Assembly: GCA_963696385.1 (NCBI GenBank)
Contig: CAVOKF010000004.1
Span: forward strand, 1,024,001-1,088,000
From: an uncultured delta proteobacterium
Lineage (GTDB): Bacteria > Myxococcota_A > Polyangia > Polyangiales > Polyangiaceae
DNA length: 64,000 bases
Direction of reading: 5' to 3'
Shown here: positions 9,279-19,769 of the stretch, piece after piece
Layout of the letters: the number at the start of each line of letters is the position of its first letter
Numbering within the stretch: the stretch's first letter is position 1
The notes under the pieces: generated by a model
What the model was told of the DNA's origin: nothing
Seen by the model: only the letters and a program-made list of their open reading frames with translations
Database searches by the model: none
Program-made: the position numbers and the translations under genes

Positions 9279-10130
9279 TCATCGGAACGCGGCGACGTGG
9301 CGCTGCGCCCAATCATCGAAGGGCCGAGCCTTTCGGCCCGTCACCTTCTCGACGCCGTCGGTGACCACGTCGAGCTTGCCGGCCTTGATCGTCGCCATGA
9401 GGTCCAGCAGCGCATCGATCAGGACCGGGGGGAGGCTGGCCTTGACCAGCCCCTGACGCATCCCTTCGGCCGGAATGTCCATGAAGCGGACCGGCTTGCC
9501 GATCACCGAGGCCATCTTCGCTGCGTACTGCGCGGCACTCAGCGACTCCGGACCACTCAGTTCGTACGCCATGCCCTCGTGGCCTGGTTCCGTGAGGGCC
9601 TTGACGGCGCATGCACCGATGTCGGCAGGATCGATCGCGGCAAACCGCCCTTCGCCGGTCGGCTGGTAGAACGCTCCGTGGGCGCGGATGGTGTCACCCC
9701 ACTGCAGAGCGTTCGTCATGAAGAAGTGCGGGCGGAGCATGGTCCAAGCGAGCCCCGAGCTACGCAAGCGGGCCTCCGCCTGGGCGTGCCACTTCGAGAA
9801 CTGGTCGTGCGTCTCGGGGGCCTCTGCACCCACGACGGACAGCTTCACGACGTGCTTCACGCCGGCCTTCTTCGCCGCATCGATCGCGTTGCCCTCGAGC
9901 TCGATGGTGTGTGCCGCCGCCGAGACGAGATAGAGCCTCTCGATCCCCGTCATGGCGGCTCTCAGCGACTCGGGGCGGTCGAGATCGCCCTGCACGATGT
10001 CGGCCTTGCCCTCGAACGCGCCGGCCTTCGCCGGGCTCCGAACGAGCAGCCGCGGGCGTTGGCCCGCCTGAATCAGTTGCCGTGCGACTTCACCACCGGT
10101 CACGCCAGTTGCTCCGAGTACGAGAATCAT
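9279..10130 (-). CDS. NmrA/SDR family NAD(P)H oxidoreductase
   Basis: MILVLGATGVTGG; WTMLRPHFFM. Confidence 0.9.
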   Translation of the reverse strand: MILVLGATGVTGGEVARQLIQAGQRPRLLVRSPAKAGAFEGKADIVQGDLDRPESLRAAMTGIERLYLVSAAAHTIELEGNAIDAAKKAGVKHVVKLSVVGAEAPETHDQFSKWHAQAEARLRSSGLAWTMLRPHFFMTNALQWGDTIRAHGAFYQPTGEGRFAAIDPADIGACAVKALTEPGHEGMAYELSGPESLSAAQYAAKMASVIGKPVRFMDIPAEGMRQGLVKASLPPVLIDALLDLMATIKAGKLDVVTDGVEKVTGRKARPFDDWAQRHVAAFR

Positions 10131-10242
10131 GGGTTTCTCCTTGGTTGTTCGTCGTCTGGGATTGTCGTCCGCGTTGCACGACGGAAGATGAAGCCGAAGG
10201 TCGCTTCGAACAATCATGTGAGTTCGCACTAGACTGGAACGC

Positions 10243-11160
10243 ATGCCGTACCAATCGGAGCGCTCTCTCGCGGAGCTCGCGGCGTTTGTCGCCGTCGTGG
10301 AATCGAACGGCTTCTCTGCTGCCGCGCGCGCGTCGGGCGCGAGGAAGGCCACTCTGAGCTTGCGTGTCTCGGATCTCGAGACGCGGCTCGGGGTTCCTTT
10401 GCTGGTGCGCACGACGCGCTCTCTCCGGTTGACGGAAGAGGGGCGCGCCTACCTAGAGCACGCTCGCCGCTCCCTCGCTGCGGCGCGGGACGCGGATGCC
10501 GTGGTGACTGCCGCCAAGTCGGAGCCGAACGGGCTACTGCGTGTTACTGCGCCAGGATCGCTCGCCGACATGCTGTTCAACGCCGTGGTCGTCGCCTACC
10601 TGACAAAGTATCCCGGCGTTTCGGTGAGTCTGGACACGTCGATGCGCCGCATTGATCTCACGCGCGAGGGCTTCGATCTCGCAGTGCGCATCGGTCCCCT
10701 TGCCGAATCCGGGCTCGTCGCTCGGCGGCTCGGGAAGACGAGCGGCGGCTACTACGCGAGCCCCCGTTACCTCGAACAGCGTGGCAAACCGCGTCGCCCC
10801 GCGGATCTACGCGGACACGATACGATCGCGATCGCCACGGCCGAAGGTCCGACGGAGTGGGCCTTCGTCATCGATGGCAAGCGAAGCTTCGTAGCAGTTC
10901 GACCGCGGTTGGTCGCGAGCAACTTCGAACTGGGGGTCCGCGCGGCTGCAGCGGCCGTCGGCATCCTTCGCGCGCCGCGGCACTTCGTCGAGCCGCTCCT
11001 CGCGAAAAGGCAGCTCGTCCCCGTCCTGCGTGAGTGGTCGCCCCCCGGTGCGGACGTGCATGCCGTCATGCCGCCGGGGGGCGCTCTCGTTCCGAAGACC
11101 CGCGTCTTTCTCGACATGCTCGTGGCGTGGTTCGCGAAACGGGAGAAGGCTGCTCAATGA
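10243..11160 (+). CDS. LysR family regulator (CrgA-like)
   Basis: FVAVVESNGFSAAA...LLVRTTRSLRLTEEG; divergent from the oxidoreductase. Confidence 0.92.
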   Translation: MPYQSERSLAELAAFVAVVESNGFSAAARASGARKATLSLRVSDLETRLGVPLLVRTTRSLRLTEEGRAYLEHARRSLAAARDADAVVTAAKSEPNGLLRVTAPGSLADMLFNAVVVAYLTKYPGVSVSLDTSMRRIDLTREGFDLAVRIGPLAESGLVARRLGKTSGGYYASPRYLEQRGKPRRPADLRGHDTIAIATAEGPTEWAFVIDGKRSFVAVRPRLVASNFELGVRAAAAAVGILRAPRHFVEPLLAKRQLVPVLREWSPPGADVHAVMPPGGALVPKTRVFLDMLVAWFAKREKAAQ

Positions 11161-11269
11161 GACCGTGTGAGCTCGGCTGCGCCTCGCGCCCGGATCCATC
11201 AGTCACGCCGAGGGCCGGCGGTGCTCGCAACGAGGCGCCCGCTCACCCTATCTGCCCGATTGCATCTCC

Positions 11270-11469
11270 CGCCCCGTCCCGTCGACGCGCTCGCGACCCT
11301 CGTCGGCAAACAGCCCGGGTACATCGCCTTGAGTTGTCTCAAGAGCAAGGACGGCCGTCGGATACGCCCGGTGGCGCAGCGGAAGCACGTCCGGGCCTAT
11401 CGCATCAACCCCGAGGTGGTCGAGTACTTCGAGGGAGTGCTTGCGGTGGCTCGTCGCGGCCCATGGTAA
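11270..11469 (+). pseudogene. possible ABM monooxygenase fragment
   Basis: KQPGYIALSCLKSKDGRRI resembles the ABM core; degraded. Confidence 0.3.
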
Positions 11470-11629
11470 CCGAGGCACGAAGTCTCCGCGGAAGCGCCAT
11501 CGGAATGGACGGCGTTCCACCTGGTTCCACACCGCCCCTTCGCTCCGTCCTTCCTTGCCTCCCCCCGGCGCGGTATCGCGACGACCGTAACCGACGCCAG
11601 CAACATGGCATCGCTCGCCGTGGACTGCT

Positions 11630-12100
11630 TCACTTCTCGCCAGCGCGTATGGCGGCAATCACGACTTCGGCTGCCTCGCAGAGCTCGCCCAAGGCTCGTT
11701 CGAAAAACGCGAGGTCGTCGTCGTCGTAGCGCGCCAAGACCCGCGTCACGGCCCGGCGCATTCGCTCGCGCCACGGATCGGCGCGCCGGGTCGCGGGCGT
11801 GCCGCCGACGATCACCTTGCGCCTATCCATCTCGTCTCTGCGGCGCTTGACGAGCCCGGCTCGCTCGAGCCGATCTATGGCACCCGTGATCGCGCCCGTC
11901 GTCAACCCAGTCCTCTCGGCAAGCGCACCGGCGGTTACGTCCGAGCCGAGAGCCACGAGGTCGAGGCACTCGAGGTCGGTCATGCCAACGCCCAACCGCG
12001 ACGCCATCGCCTCGCTGAAGAGAAGGGTGAGCCGGCTCACCTCTTTGATCTGCAGGTTGATCGCATCGAGCCGTGCCCGTCGATCGCGTGTCCGCGCCAT
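11630..12100 (-). CDS. MarR family regulator
   Basis: TAGALAERTGLTTGAITGAIDRLERAGLVKR...DRRKV. Confidence 0.92.
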   Translation of the reverse strand: MARTRDRRARLDAINLQIKEVSRLTLLFSEAMASRLGVGMTDLECLDLVALGSDVTAGALAERTGLTTGAITGAIDRLERAGLVKRRRDEMDRRKVIVGGTPATRRADPWRERMRRAVTRVLARYDDDDLAFFERALGELCEAAEVVIAAIRAGEK

Positions 12101-12132
12101 TGGCTCGCCTCTCGCTGGTGGTCCGTTGACGA

Positions 12133-12157
12133 ATGTATCTTATCCACTAAGATACAT
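12133..12157. promoter_or_regulatory. MarR operator ATGTATCTTA-N5-TAAGATACAT overlapping a sigma70-like promoter
   Basis: perfect 10-bp inverted repeat between divergent genes; TTGACG at 12126. Confidence 0.7.
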
Positions 12158-12191
12158 GGGGGAAAAGATAACGGACCTGGAAGGCGGTGAG

Positions 12192-12653
12192 ATGGTTCCT
12201 GAATCCGTCGTGATCGTTCCGCTCGTCGCGTTGGCTTTGGGGGCCGTTTGCCTCGGCGGGGGCATCTACGAGACGCTCCTCGTCGACCCGGTCTGGCCAG
12301 GGAACCCCGCGATAATCCAACCGAGCCGCGGCGGCCTGGACCGCAAGCGCTTTTGGGCTCCGATTCACACGCTCTTCGAGATCGCGCTCCTCGTCAGCGC
12401 GTGGATGGCGTGGAGCGGGCCCGCGGCCCGCCCGTGCATCGTCCTTGCGTTGTCCGCGCACTTCGGGGCGAGGGTCTGGTCCTTCGCGTACTTCATTCCG
12501 AGGGCTCTACGGTTCGAGAAGATGGGCGAACTCTCGGAAGAACAAGTGCGCCTCGCCCGAAGATGGACGCGCCTCAGTCCCTGTCGCTCCCTCATCGAGC
12601 TCGTATCAATCGCGGCGCTCGGGGCGGTCGTCGTGCACCTGGGGCGCGGGTAA
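12192..12653 (+). CDS. DUF1772-like membrane protein
   Basis: GGGIYETLLVDPVWP...FWAPIH...RVWSFAYFIP. Confidence 0.65.
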   Translation: MVPESVVIVPLVALALGAVCLGGGIYETLLVDPVWPGNPAIIQPSRGGLDRKRFWAPIHTLFEIALLVSAWMAWSGPAARPCIVLALSAHFGARVWSFAYFIPRALRFEKMGELSEEQVRLARRWTRLSPCRSLIELVSIAALGAVVVHLGRG

Positions 12654-12810
12654 GCTTGGGGCAAGCGATTCTCGAAATTCCCATCGCCAAGCTCGCCTAC
12701 TCGATTGCAGCCGTCGTTCGACGGGTTTATCGATGTTGAGCCTCGGCGATCTTGCGCGTGACCGAGCCATGACAACAGGAGTCGCGAGACGGCCGCTACG
12801 GTGTGATGCC

Positions 12811-13422
12811 GTGCGCGAGCTCACGTTCCTCCAATCCAAGGTCCTGGAGTGGCGGGATGTTCCCGAGCCCACCTTGACGTCGGAAACGGACGCGATCGTG
12901 CGCCCTTTCATCGCCGCCCGATGCGACGCTGACCCCTTCTATCTTCGGCATAATTTTGAGCAGCTTCTTCGGGTCGGTGCCATGATGCATGTATTGGACG
13001 AGGCCTTTCGCGGCCCGTCTACCAATCCATTCGCCGCTCCCTTTGCCTACGGTCACGAAGGCGTGGCGGAGGTGATGGCATGCGGCGCAGAAGTGCGACG
13101 CTTTGGCATTGGCGACCTCGTAATCGTTCCGTGGGCGCTTTCTTGCGGCGCATGTTTTCCATGTGCGGCCGGATACACGACGAAGTGCGCGCCGGCGCGC
13201 GGCGACAAACCGCTGGCTGCCTTCGGTTTCGGCAAGGCGTTTGGTCGACACGGTGGAATGGTCAGTGACGCTCTGCGCGTCCCGTGGGCCGATGCGATGC
13301 TCGTGCGCGTTCCGGCTGAGGTCGAACCCTTGGCGCTGGCGAGTGCAAGTGACGATATTCCCGACGCCTATCGAACCGTCGCACCGTTTCTCGAACGAGG
13401 GACGGGGTCTCGGGCGATTTGA
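12811..13422 (+). pseudogene. Zn-dependent alcohol dehydrogenase, 3'-truncated
   Basis: GHEGVA, CGACFPC; stops before the Rossmann GxGxxG domain. Confidence 0.75.
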
Positions 13423-13536
13423 CCCCATCGGCATGACGTCGAAGGCGATCGGTAGTGAATTTCGCCAACGCCGGGCGCGTCCCCGTGCGATTCGAGCGTT
13501 GGCGCGCAGCGCGGTGCGTCATGGTACATCGGGGGG

Positions 13537-14346
13537 ATGCGATTCGCGCTGACGATGTCGTGTCTCTTCGTGGTCGCGTTGGCAAGCACACCGGCCAGCG
13601 CCAGCGACGTCCAAGTTGCCGTGGCCGCAAACTTCGATGCGCCGATGCAGCGCATCGCAAGCGAGTTCGAGAAAGAGTTGGGGCATCGTGTCCTGATCGT
13701 CACGGCCGCGACCGGCGCACTGTTCGCGCAAATCGAGAACGGCGCGCCATTCGAACTGCTGCTTGCGGCGGACGAAGCCACGCCGAGACGGCTCGAGTCC
13801 GACGGAAGGGCCGTCGCCGGGAGCCGCTTTACGTATGCGCTCGGCCGGTTGGTTCTGTGGAGCTCCCGCCCGGACTACGTAGACGGAAGCGGCGCGGTCC
13901 TTCGCGAAGGTCGCTTCGCGCACCTGGCCGTCGCCAACCCCGCCCTAGCCCCTTACGGCGCAGCGGCGTTCGAGGTTCTCCGAGCCCTGGGGCTGCTCGA
14001 CCCGCTGCGCGCGAAGCTCGTTCAGGGCGAAAGCATCGCCCAGACGGCCCAGTTCGTCGCGAGTGGCAGTGCGGAGCTCGGGTTCGTCGCATTGTCGCAG
14101 GTGGCCTCACAAGTGCAGGCGTCCGTCGGCAGCTACTGGCTCGTGCCTCAGCACCTGTACGCCCCGATTCGTCAGCAAGCCGTTCTTCTGCGCCCGGGCG
14201 CGAGCAATCCGGCTGCCCGGGCGCTCTTCGAGTACCTCCGGAGCGCCGCGGCGAAAACCGTCATTCGCGCGTTCGGCTACGGGCTGGAAGAGCCGGTGCC
14301 GACCGCGGGTGTCGAAGACGGCTCCAGTCCCAGCCCGAGGCTCTAG
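13537..14346 (+). CDS. modA: molybdate ABC transporter periplasmic protein
   Basis: signal peptide; VAVAANF, QIENGAPF, ANPALAPYG. Confidence 0.92.
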   Translation: MRFALTMSCLFVVALASTPASASDVQVAVAANFDAPMQRIASEFEKELGHRVLIVTAATGALFAQIENGAPFELLLAADEATPRRLESDGRAVAGSRFTYALGRLVLWSSRPDYVDGSGAVLREGRFAHLAVANPALAPYGAAAFEVLRALGLLDPLRAKLVQGESIAQTAQFVASGSAELGFVALSQVASQVQASVGSYWLVPQHLYAPIRQQAVLLRPGASNPAARALFEYLRSAAAKTVIRAFGYGLEEPVPTAGVEDGSSPSPRL

Positions 14347-14353
14347 GATCCGC

Positions 14354-15028
14354 GTGCCGAGCGACACCGATCTCGCAGCCGTCCTCGTCACGCTGAAGCT
14401 CGCGACGACCACCACGTTCGTCCTGCTCCTCATCGGGACCCCCATCGCGTGGTGGCTTGCCCGGTCGACGTCGCATTGGCGGGGGTCGATCGGCGCCGTC
14501 GTGGCTCTTCCGCTGGTGCTGCCTCCGACGGTCCTCGGCTTCTACCTTCTCGTTTTGCTGGGGCCGAACGGACCGGCGGGTCGGCTCACGCAAGCCATCG
14601 GGATGGGCACGCTGCCATTTACGTTCGGGGGGCTCGTCGTGTCCTCGACCGTGGCATCGCTGCCATTCGTCGTGCAACCCTTGCAGAACGCATTCGAAGC
14701 CCTGGGAGCTACGCCGCTCGAGATCGCCGCGACTCTCGGCGCGGGTCCTTGGGACCGTTTCTTCACGGTGGCCGTTCCCTTGGCGCGGCCGGGGTTCCTC
14801 GTGGCCTCGGTGTTGGGATTCGCACACACCGTCGGCGAGTTCGGCGTGGTGCTGATGATGGGCGGCAACGTTCCGGGCAAGACGCGCGTGCTCTCGGTCG
14901 CGCTCTACGACCACGTCGAGGCGATGGAGTACCCTGACGCTCACCGACTCGCGGGCGTCCTCGTCGCTTTCTCCTTTGCGCTGCTCGTCGCCCTCTACTC
15001 CCTTCGTGCTCCCGCCAAGCTCGTGTAG
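14354..15028 (+). CDS. modB: molybdate ABC transporter permease
   Basis: LPLVLPPTVLGFYLL; FAHTVGEFGVVLM. Confidence 0.92.
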   Translation: MPSDTDLAAVLVTLKLATTTTFVLLLIGTPIAWWLARSTSHWRGSIGAVVALPLVLPPTVLGFYLLVLLGPNGPAGRLTQAIGMGTLPFTFGGLVVSSTVASLPFVVQPLQNAFEALGATPLEIAATLGAGPWDRFFTVAVPLARPGFLVASVLGFAHTVGEFGVVLMMGGNVPGKTRVLSVALYDHVEAMEYPDAHRLAGVLVAFSFALLVALYSLRAPAKLV

Positions 15029-15650
15029 TGCCGATCGAATTCGGGCGTCGCTTCGATTCGCCCGCGGCCGTTTTCAGCTCGGCGCCCAGCTGGACCTTTC
15101 CGGAAGGGAATCGCCGCGCTGTTTGGACCGTCCGGCTCGGGCAAGTCGACGTGCTTGCGCTTGCTCGCCGGACTCGATCGCGGAGTCGGCTCCGTCGAGG
15201 TTCTGGGCGAATGCTGGCAAGATGATTCGCACGGCATCTTCGTGCCCGTGCATCGCCGACCGCTCGGCTTCGCGTTCCAGGATCATGCCCTTTCTCGCAT
15301 GTGCGCGTAGCCTGCCATCTCGAATACGCGCGGGTTCGGGCGCGGGGCGGCTTTCTCTGGGTCGCACCCATCGAGCGCGCAGTCGGCTCCAAGGTCCGGG
15401 TGCGTGCGCGTGCAAGTGACATCAGCGTGGCGCTCGAAATGCCGGGGCCGTCGAGCATCCTGAACGTCCTGCCGTCCGGGTCATCGAAGTGAGCGATCGG
15501 GGGCCCCATCGCGTGTACGTTCGATTGAGCGTGGGCGACGGCGCCGTCCCCCTCGTCGCCCGCATCACGCGACGCTCCCAGGCGGAGCTCGGTTTGACCT
15601 CTGGGCTAGCGGTCGCGGCTCAGATCGCGAGCGTGTCGGTCGTGATCTGA
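15028..15650 (+). pseudogene. modC: decayed modC (frameshifts plus internal deletion)
   Basis: ALFGPSGSGKSTCLR in one frame; ASDISVALE..SSILNVL and ARITRRS TOBE parts in others; core ATPase missing. Confidence 0.8.
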
Positions 15651-15709
15651 AGTCGGAAGGGGGCGCAAAGGGAATCTATCGACGAAGTCGGCTTGGAGAT
15701 CCGGAGTCG

Positions 15710-15919
15710 TCATTCGACGCCGATGATGACGTCCGACGACTTCACGATCGCCTTCGCCGCCTTGCCGACGGCAATCCCGAGGTCGTCCACAGACTCGTTG
15801 GTGATGGACGCGGTGATGACGAAGCCCGGTGCCACTTCAATCTTGACGTGGGCGGTGGTGGCCCCGCGGGTAACGGCGACGACTTTGCCCGGCATGACGT
15901 TTCGCGCGGAGAGCTTCAT
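15710..15919 (-). CDS. mop: molbindin / TOBE (Mop) protein
   Basis: MKLSARN...ITASITNESVDDLG...AIVKSSDVIIG. Confidence 0.88.
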   Translation of the reverse strand: MKLSARNVMPGKVVAVTRGATTAHVKIEVAPGFVITASITNESVDDLGIAVGKAAKAIVKSSDVIIGVE

Positions 15920-15998
15920 GGAACCTCGGCCTTGTTCGTAGCACGTGACGAGCTTTCGGAGCCACGGATCACGGGCAACGGCGAGAAATTGGAGCACG

Positions 15999-16029
15999 AT
16001 GGTTCGCGAAACCCTCTTTCGCAAACCAT
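15999..16029. terminator. 13-bp-stem hairpin between iscS and mop
   Basis: ATGGTTCGCGAAA-CCCTC-TTTCGCAAACCAT (1 mismatch). Confidence 0.4.
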
Positions 16030-16073
16030 TCCATGGGCAAGAAGATCCAGCCGGGCCGCGAGAATCCGCGTGG

Positions 16074-17297
16074 TCAATGAGCGGCCCACTGCACGCTATC
16101 GAGGTCGATTCCCTCTTTGTGCATCTCGTAGAGCGGCGAAAGCTCGCGAAGGCGCGTCACCTTTTCGACCACCAGGTCGGCGACGTAGTCGACCTCCTCT
16201 TGCGTGTTGAAGCGGCCGAGACCGAAGCGGATGCTCGAATGGGCGAGCTCGTCGCCAACCCCGAGTGAGCGCAATACGTAGCTCGGCTCGAGGCTCGAAG
16301 ATGTGCACGCCGAGCCGGAACTCACGGCGACATCTTTGATGGCCATCATCAGACCTTCGCCTTCCACGAACTTGAAGCTCAGGTTCAGGTTGCCGGGCAG
16401 CCGGTGCTCGATCGACCCGTTCACGTAGACCTCGTCCAGTCTCTCCGTCACACGCGCGTGGAGCCGGTCTCGAAGGCTTCGCACGCGCGCCGACTCGGTC
16501 TTGCCCTCGTGCACGAGAATGTCGCACGCTTTTCCGAAACCCACGATCAGAGGCACAGCCAGCGTCCCCGACCGCATGCCCCTCTCGTGACCGCCACCGT
16601 CCATTTCGGCGACGACACGGACGCGCGGTCGGTTCCGCCGCACATAAAGCGCCCCGACGCCCTTCGGGCCGTAGATCTTGTGCGCCGAAAGGGACGCGAG
16701 ATCGACGTTCATCTTCTGGACGTCGAATTCGACCTTGCCGATGCCTTGCACGGCGTCGGTATGGAACAGAACGCCGCGGTCGCGCGTGAGCCGTCCGATG
16801 GCTTCGAGCGGCTGAACCGTGCCGATTTCGTTGTTGGCGAGCATCACGCTCACGAGGATGGTCCGCGAGCCGATGGCACGCTTCACGTCATCCGGATCGA
16901 CGCGGCCTTCCTTGCCGACGTCCAGGTAAGTGACCTCGTAGCCCTTCTTTTCGAGGCGCTTGCACGTGTCGAGCACGGCCTTGTGCTCGATCACGGTCGT
17001 GATGATATGGTTGCCCTTGTCCTTGTAAAACTCGGCCACGCCCTTGATGGCCAGGTTGTCGCTCTCCGTAGCGCCACTCGTCAGGACAATCTCCTTGGCG
17101 TCGCAACCACCGATGACGCGCGCGATGCGGTGACGTGCGCTCTCGATAGCTTCCTCCGCCTCCCAGCCGAACTTGTGACTTTTGCTCGCGGCATTGCCGA
17201 ACTTGGTGGTGAAGTACGGCCACATTTCGTCGAGCACGCGCGGGTCGACCGGCGTCGTCGAGTGGTTGTCCATGAAAATGGGGAGGTTCAAGGCCAT
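16074..17297 (-). CDS. iscS: cysteine desulfurase IscS
   Basis: [19 protein letters not shown]-terminal SPLYEM...QWAAH typical of IscS. Confidence 0.93.
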   Translation of the reverse strand: MALNLPIFMDNHSTTPVDPRVLDEMWPYFTTKFGNAASKSHKFGWEAEEAIESARHRIARVIGGCDAKEIVLTSGATESDNLAIKGVAEFYKDKGNHIITTVIEHKAVLDTCKRLEKKGYEVTYLDVGKEGRVDPDDVKRAIGSRTILVSVMLANNEIGTVQPLEAIGRLTRDRGVLFHTDAVQGIGKVEFDVQKMNVDLASLSAHKIYGPKGVGALYVRRNRPRVRVVAEMDGGGHERGMRSGTLAVPLIVGFGKACDILVHEGKTESARVRSLRDRLHARVTERLDEVYVNGSIEHRLPGNLNLSFKFVEGEGLMMAIKDVAVSSGSACTSSSLEPSYVLRSLGVGDELAHSSIRFGLGRFNTQEEVDYVADLVVEKVTRLRELSPLYEMHKEGIDLDSVQWAAH

Positions 17298-17493
17298 CGG
17301 CGGTCTCTGGGATAGAGGTCAACGAGATCGGGATCGACCCGCGGGTCCTCGCGAGGTCGGCTTTCGTACGATCGGTGGTCGTCAGGGAGGATCCACTGCA
17401 AGCCTCGGGCCCGATCCGAGAATGCAACGACGAGTCGAACGATTCGGCGTGTTTCTCGATTTGCGCCCATGCGGTTCTGCTGCGGGGTCCCGC

Positions 17494-18339
17494 TCATGGC
17501 CAACAGTCCTGGGGCGGCTCCGCCGAGCCCAGTGCGGCAAGGCGGATCCCCGCGGCCATTCGAACTTCCTGCTCGACGTCCTTGGCGAGGTGCCCTGCGA
17601 GTGCGCGGTCGGCGCGGCGGGCGACCTCCCAGCGAACCTCCCAAGCCGGGTCTTTTGCGAGGCGCCTCAGCAGAGCTGCACCGGCGCGCTCGGCGACGAG
17701 GCGACGCACGACCAGATCTTCGTCGCCGGCCAGCTGTTCGAGCAAGGCCGGCTGCACCCGGCGCGCAACCTCTTGCCGAACCTGGTCGTCTGGGTCGCCG
17801 GCCATCCGCGAGAGCCACTGGGGCGGCAGTCGCCGCGCGACCCAGGTTCGGACTCCGTAGTCGTCGTCGCAACAAAGGGCCGTCAGGAGACGTGGGGCGA
17901 GGCGCTGCGCAACCCGAATGCGCACCTCGCGATGCGGGTCCTTGGCCATGCGAACGAGCATTTTTTGAGGCAACCGCAGTGCGATCGATGCGCGCACGGT
18001 CTCGTCCGGATCGGTCATCAAGGCCGTGAGACGGAAGATCGTGGCGTGTCGCACAGAAATCGCCCGGACCTCGAAGTACGGGTGGCCGAGCCAAGCGTCG
18101 GCCGCGTCCGGATTCCAACGGAAGAATCGGTCCACCCGCCGCGCATAGCGATCCTGGACGCACGCGTGTCCGATCTGGCACGGCGCCCGATCGCGTTTGG
18201 ACGCGTGCGCGCATCGTGCACAGTCGACCGGTTGCCCCTCCCAGTCCACCGCCTCGGGCACGTCCCCTTGCGCGTCCGAGTCGACGGGCGGCCGCGTGGC
18301 GCCCCCTGAAGCTCTTCGCTTCATGGCCTCGCGCCTCAT
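17494..18339 (-). CDS. nif-associated 4Fe4S-binding leucine-rich variant (LRV) repeat protein, copy 1
   Basis: DW.GQPVDC..C.H...C..GHACVQDRYARRVDRFF; HPYFEVR; D.D..VR repeats; start uncertain. Confidence 0.85.
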   Translation of the reverse strand: MRREAMKRRASGGATRPPVDSDAQGDVPEAVDWEGQPVDCARCAHASKRDRAPCQIGHACVQDRYARRVDRFFRWNPDAADAWLGHPYFEVRAISVRHATIFRLTALMTDPDETVRASIALRLPQKMLVRMAKDPHREVRIRVAQRLAPRLLTALCCDDDYGVRTWVARRLPPQWLSRMAGDPDDQVRQEVARRVQPALLEQLAGDEDLVVRRLVAERAGAALLRRLAKDPAWEVRWEVARRADRALAGHLAKDVEQEVRMAAGIRLAALGSAEPPQDCWP

Positions 18340-18510
18340 CTGCCGCGTCAACGAAGTGGACTGAACGACGGCCGTACGCACACCGTCGCGCACGACATGG
18401 CTGCATTCGGGCTAGGGGACGGGATCGGGCGCGACATGAAAACCTTCGCTTCAGTCAGCTTTCGATCTGGCGCGGTCGGGGAGGCCAAAAGCTGCTTCTC
18501 CCAGAGGCTA

Positions 18511-18526
18511 CGCAATCGGTATGCCA
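18511..18526 (-). promoter_or_regulatory. sigma54 promoter for LRV1-iscS(-mop)
   Basis: TGGCAT-accga-TTGCG on the minus strand; NifA UAS TGT-N10-ACA at 18636-18651. Confidence 0.75.
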
Positions 18527-18775
18527 CGCCTCTTCGAACCGCGCCGCGCCGGCCGGTTTCGCGGTGGACCACGCGCCGGTGCACTGCCAGGCTGCGTGGT
18601 CTTCGCACGAAGAAGGAACGAGCCCGTGTCGCCTTTGTCGAGTTCACAACAATGCCGTCCCCCCCAGGAGATTCGTCTCATGCCGTGACCTCCAGGCCAT
18701 GGCCCGGAAACACGGGACAGCGAGAGAGAGAGCCTGCTTGCCGACCGGTGCCATGGGGTGCTCTGGTGTGACGCC

Positions 18776-19255
18776 ATGAAGGGCGACCCACGCATCATCG
18801 ATTTGCTCAACGAGATCCTCACCGGAGAGCTGACGGCGATCAACCAGTACTTTCTGCACGGCAAAATGTGCCTCAATTGGGGTTACCAGCATCTGGGCAA
18901 GAAGATTTACGAGGAGTCCATCGACGAGATGAAGCACGCGAACAAGCTCGTGGAGCGGGTCCTCTTCCTCGACGGTCTGCCGAACCTGCAGAAGCTCGAC
19001 AGGCTGAACATCGGTCAGACGGTCATCGAAATCCTGAAGAACGATCTCACGTTCGAGCTGGGTACCGTGCCGCGCCTCAACAAGGGCATTCAGCTTTGCC
19101 GCGACGTGGGCGACAACGGGAGCGAGCACCTTTTAACCGGCATTCTGGTGGACTCGGAGGGACACGTCGACTGGCTCGAGTCGCAGCTCGAGCTCGTGAA
19201 GCAGGCGGGCGAGGCCCAGTATCTTGCCCAGCAGATTCGCGAATCGTCCTCCTGA
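18776..19255 (+). CDS. bfr: bacterioferritin
   Basis: MKGD...ELTAINQYFLH...ESIDEMKHA. Confidence 0.95.
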   Translation: MKGDPRIIDLLNEILTGELTAINQYFLHGKMCLNWGYQHLGKKIYEESIDEMKHANKLVERVLFLDGLPNLQKLDRLNIGQTVIEILKNDLTFELGTVPRLNKGIQLCRDVGDNGSEHLLTGILVDSEGHVDWLESQLELVKQAGEAQYLAQQIRESSS

Positions 19256-19320
19256 ACACGAGACCCTGAACACGAGACCCTGAACACGAGACCCTGAACA
19301 CGAGACCCTGAACACGAGAC
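19251..19320. repeat. tandem repeat 5 x CCTGAACACGAGAC (14 bp)
   Basis: five perfect copies starting at the bfr stop codon. Confidence 0.95.
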
Positions 19321-19367
19321 GAAGGGTGGCCGTGCGGTTCTCCGGCGAGAACGCTACCCTGGACTTT

Positions 19368-19386
19368 GAAAATGCTTTTCACTATC
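19368..19386. promoter_or_regulatory. Fur-box-like site upstream of bfd
   Basis: GAAAATGCTTTTCACTATC, 14/19 to the GATAATGATAATCATTATC consensus. Confidence 0.55.
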
Positions 19387-19399
19387 CTTATCGAGTAGC

Positions 19400-19606
19400 A
19401 TGTACGTCTGCGTTTGCCGGGCAGTCACCGCGTGTGAGCTCAGGGCTGCGATCGACCGCGGGGCCACAACGGTGAAGACGGTCATCGAGCGCTGCGGTGC
19501 GGGAGATGACTGCGGTGCCTGTCATGGCGTCATCGAAGACATGATCGACGCGGGCATGCGATGCCTCGATCGGCCGCTCGGGACCGGGCGTGCTCCTGCG
19601 GCTTAG
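19400..19606 (+). CDS. bfd: bacterioferritin-associated ferredoxin
   Basis: MYVCVCRAVT...CGAC. Confidence 0.88.
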   Translation: MYVCVCRAVTACELRAAIDRGATTVKTVIERCGAGDDCGACHGVIEDMIDAGMRCLDRPLGTGRAPAA

Positions 19607-19769
19607 GCGTCGCCCATGAATTACGGACCTGTCCTCTCGCTCTCCCATATCGAGGAAAAGTCCGTCGGCACGCGCGGTCCTCAGAATTTCTCGACGTCGA
19701 TCGCGGGCCTTACGCACCGCGCAGTTAGGGGGGGAGCCGTGGCCCGCCCGCGAGCCATCGCCGCTCGAT

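Noticed and set aside
19251..19320. CRISPR array
   Set aside because: The 14-bp units are contiguous with no spacers, and no cas genes are present.
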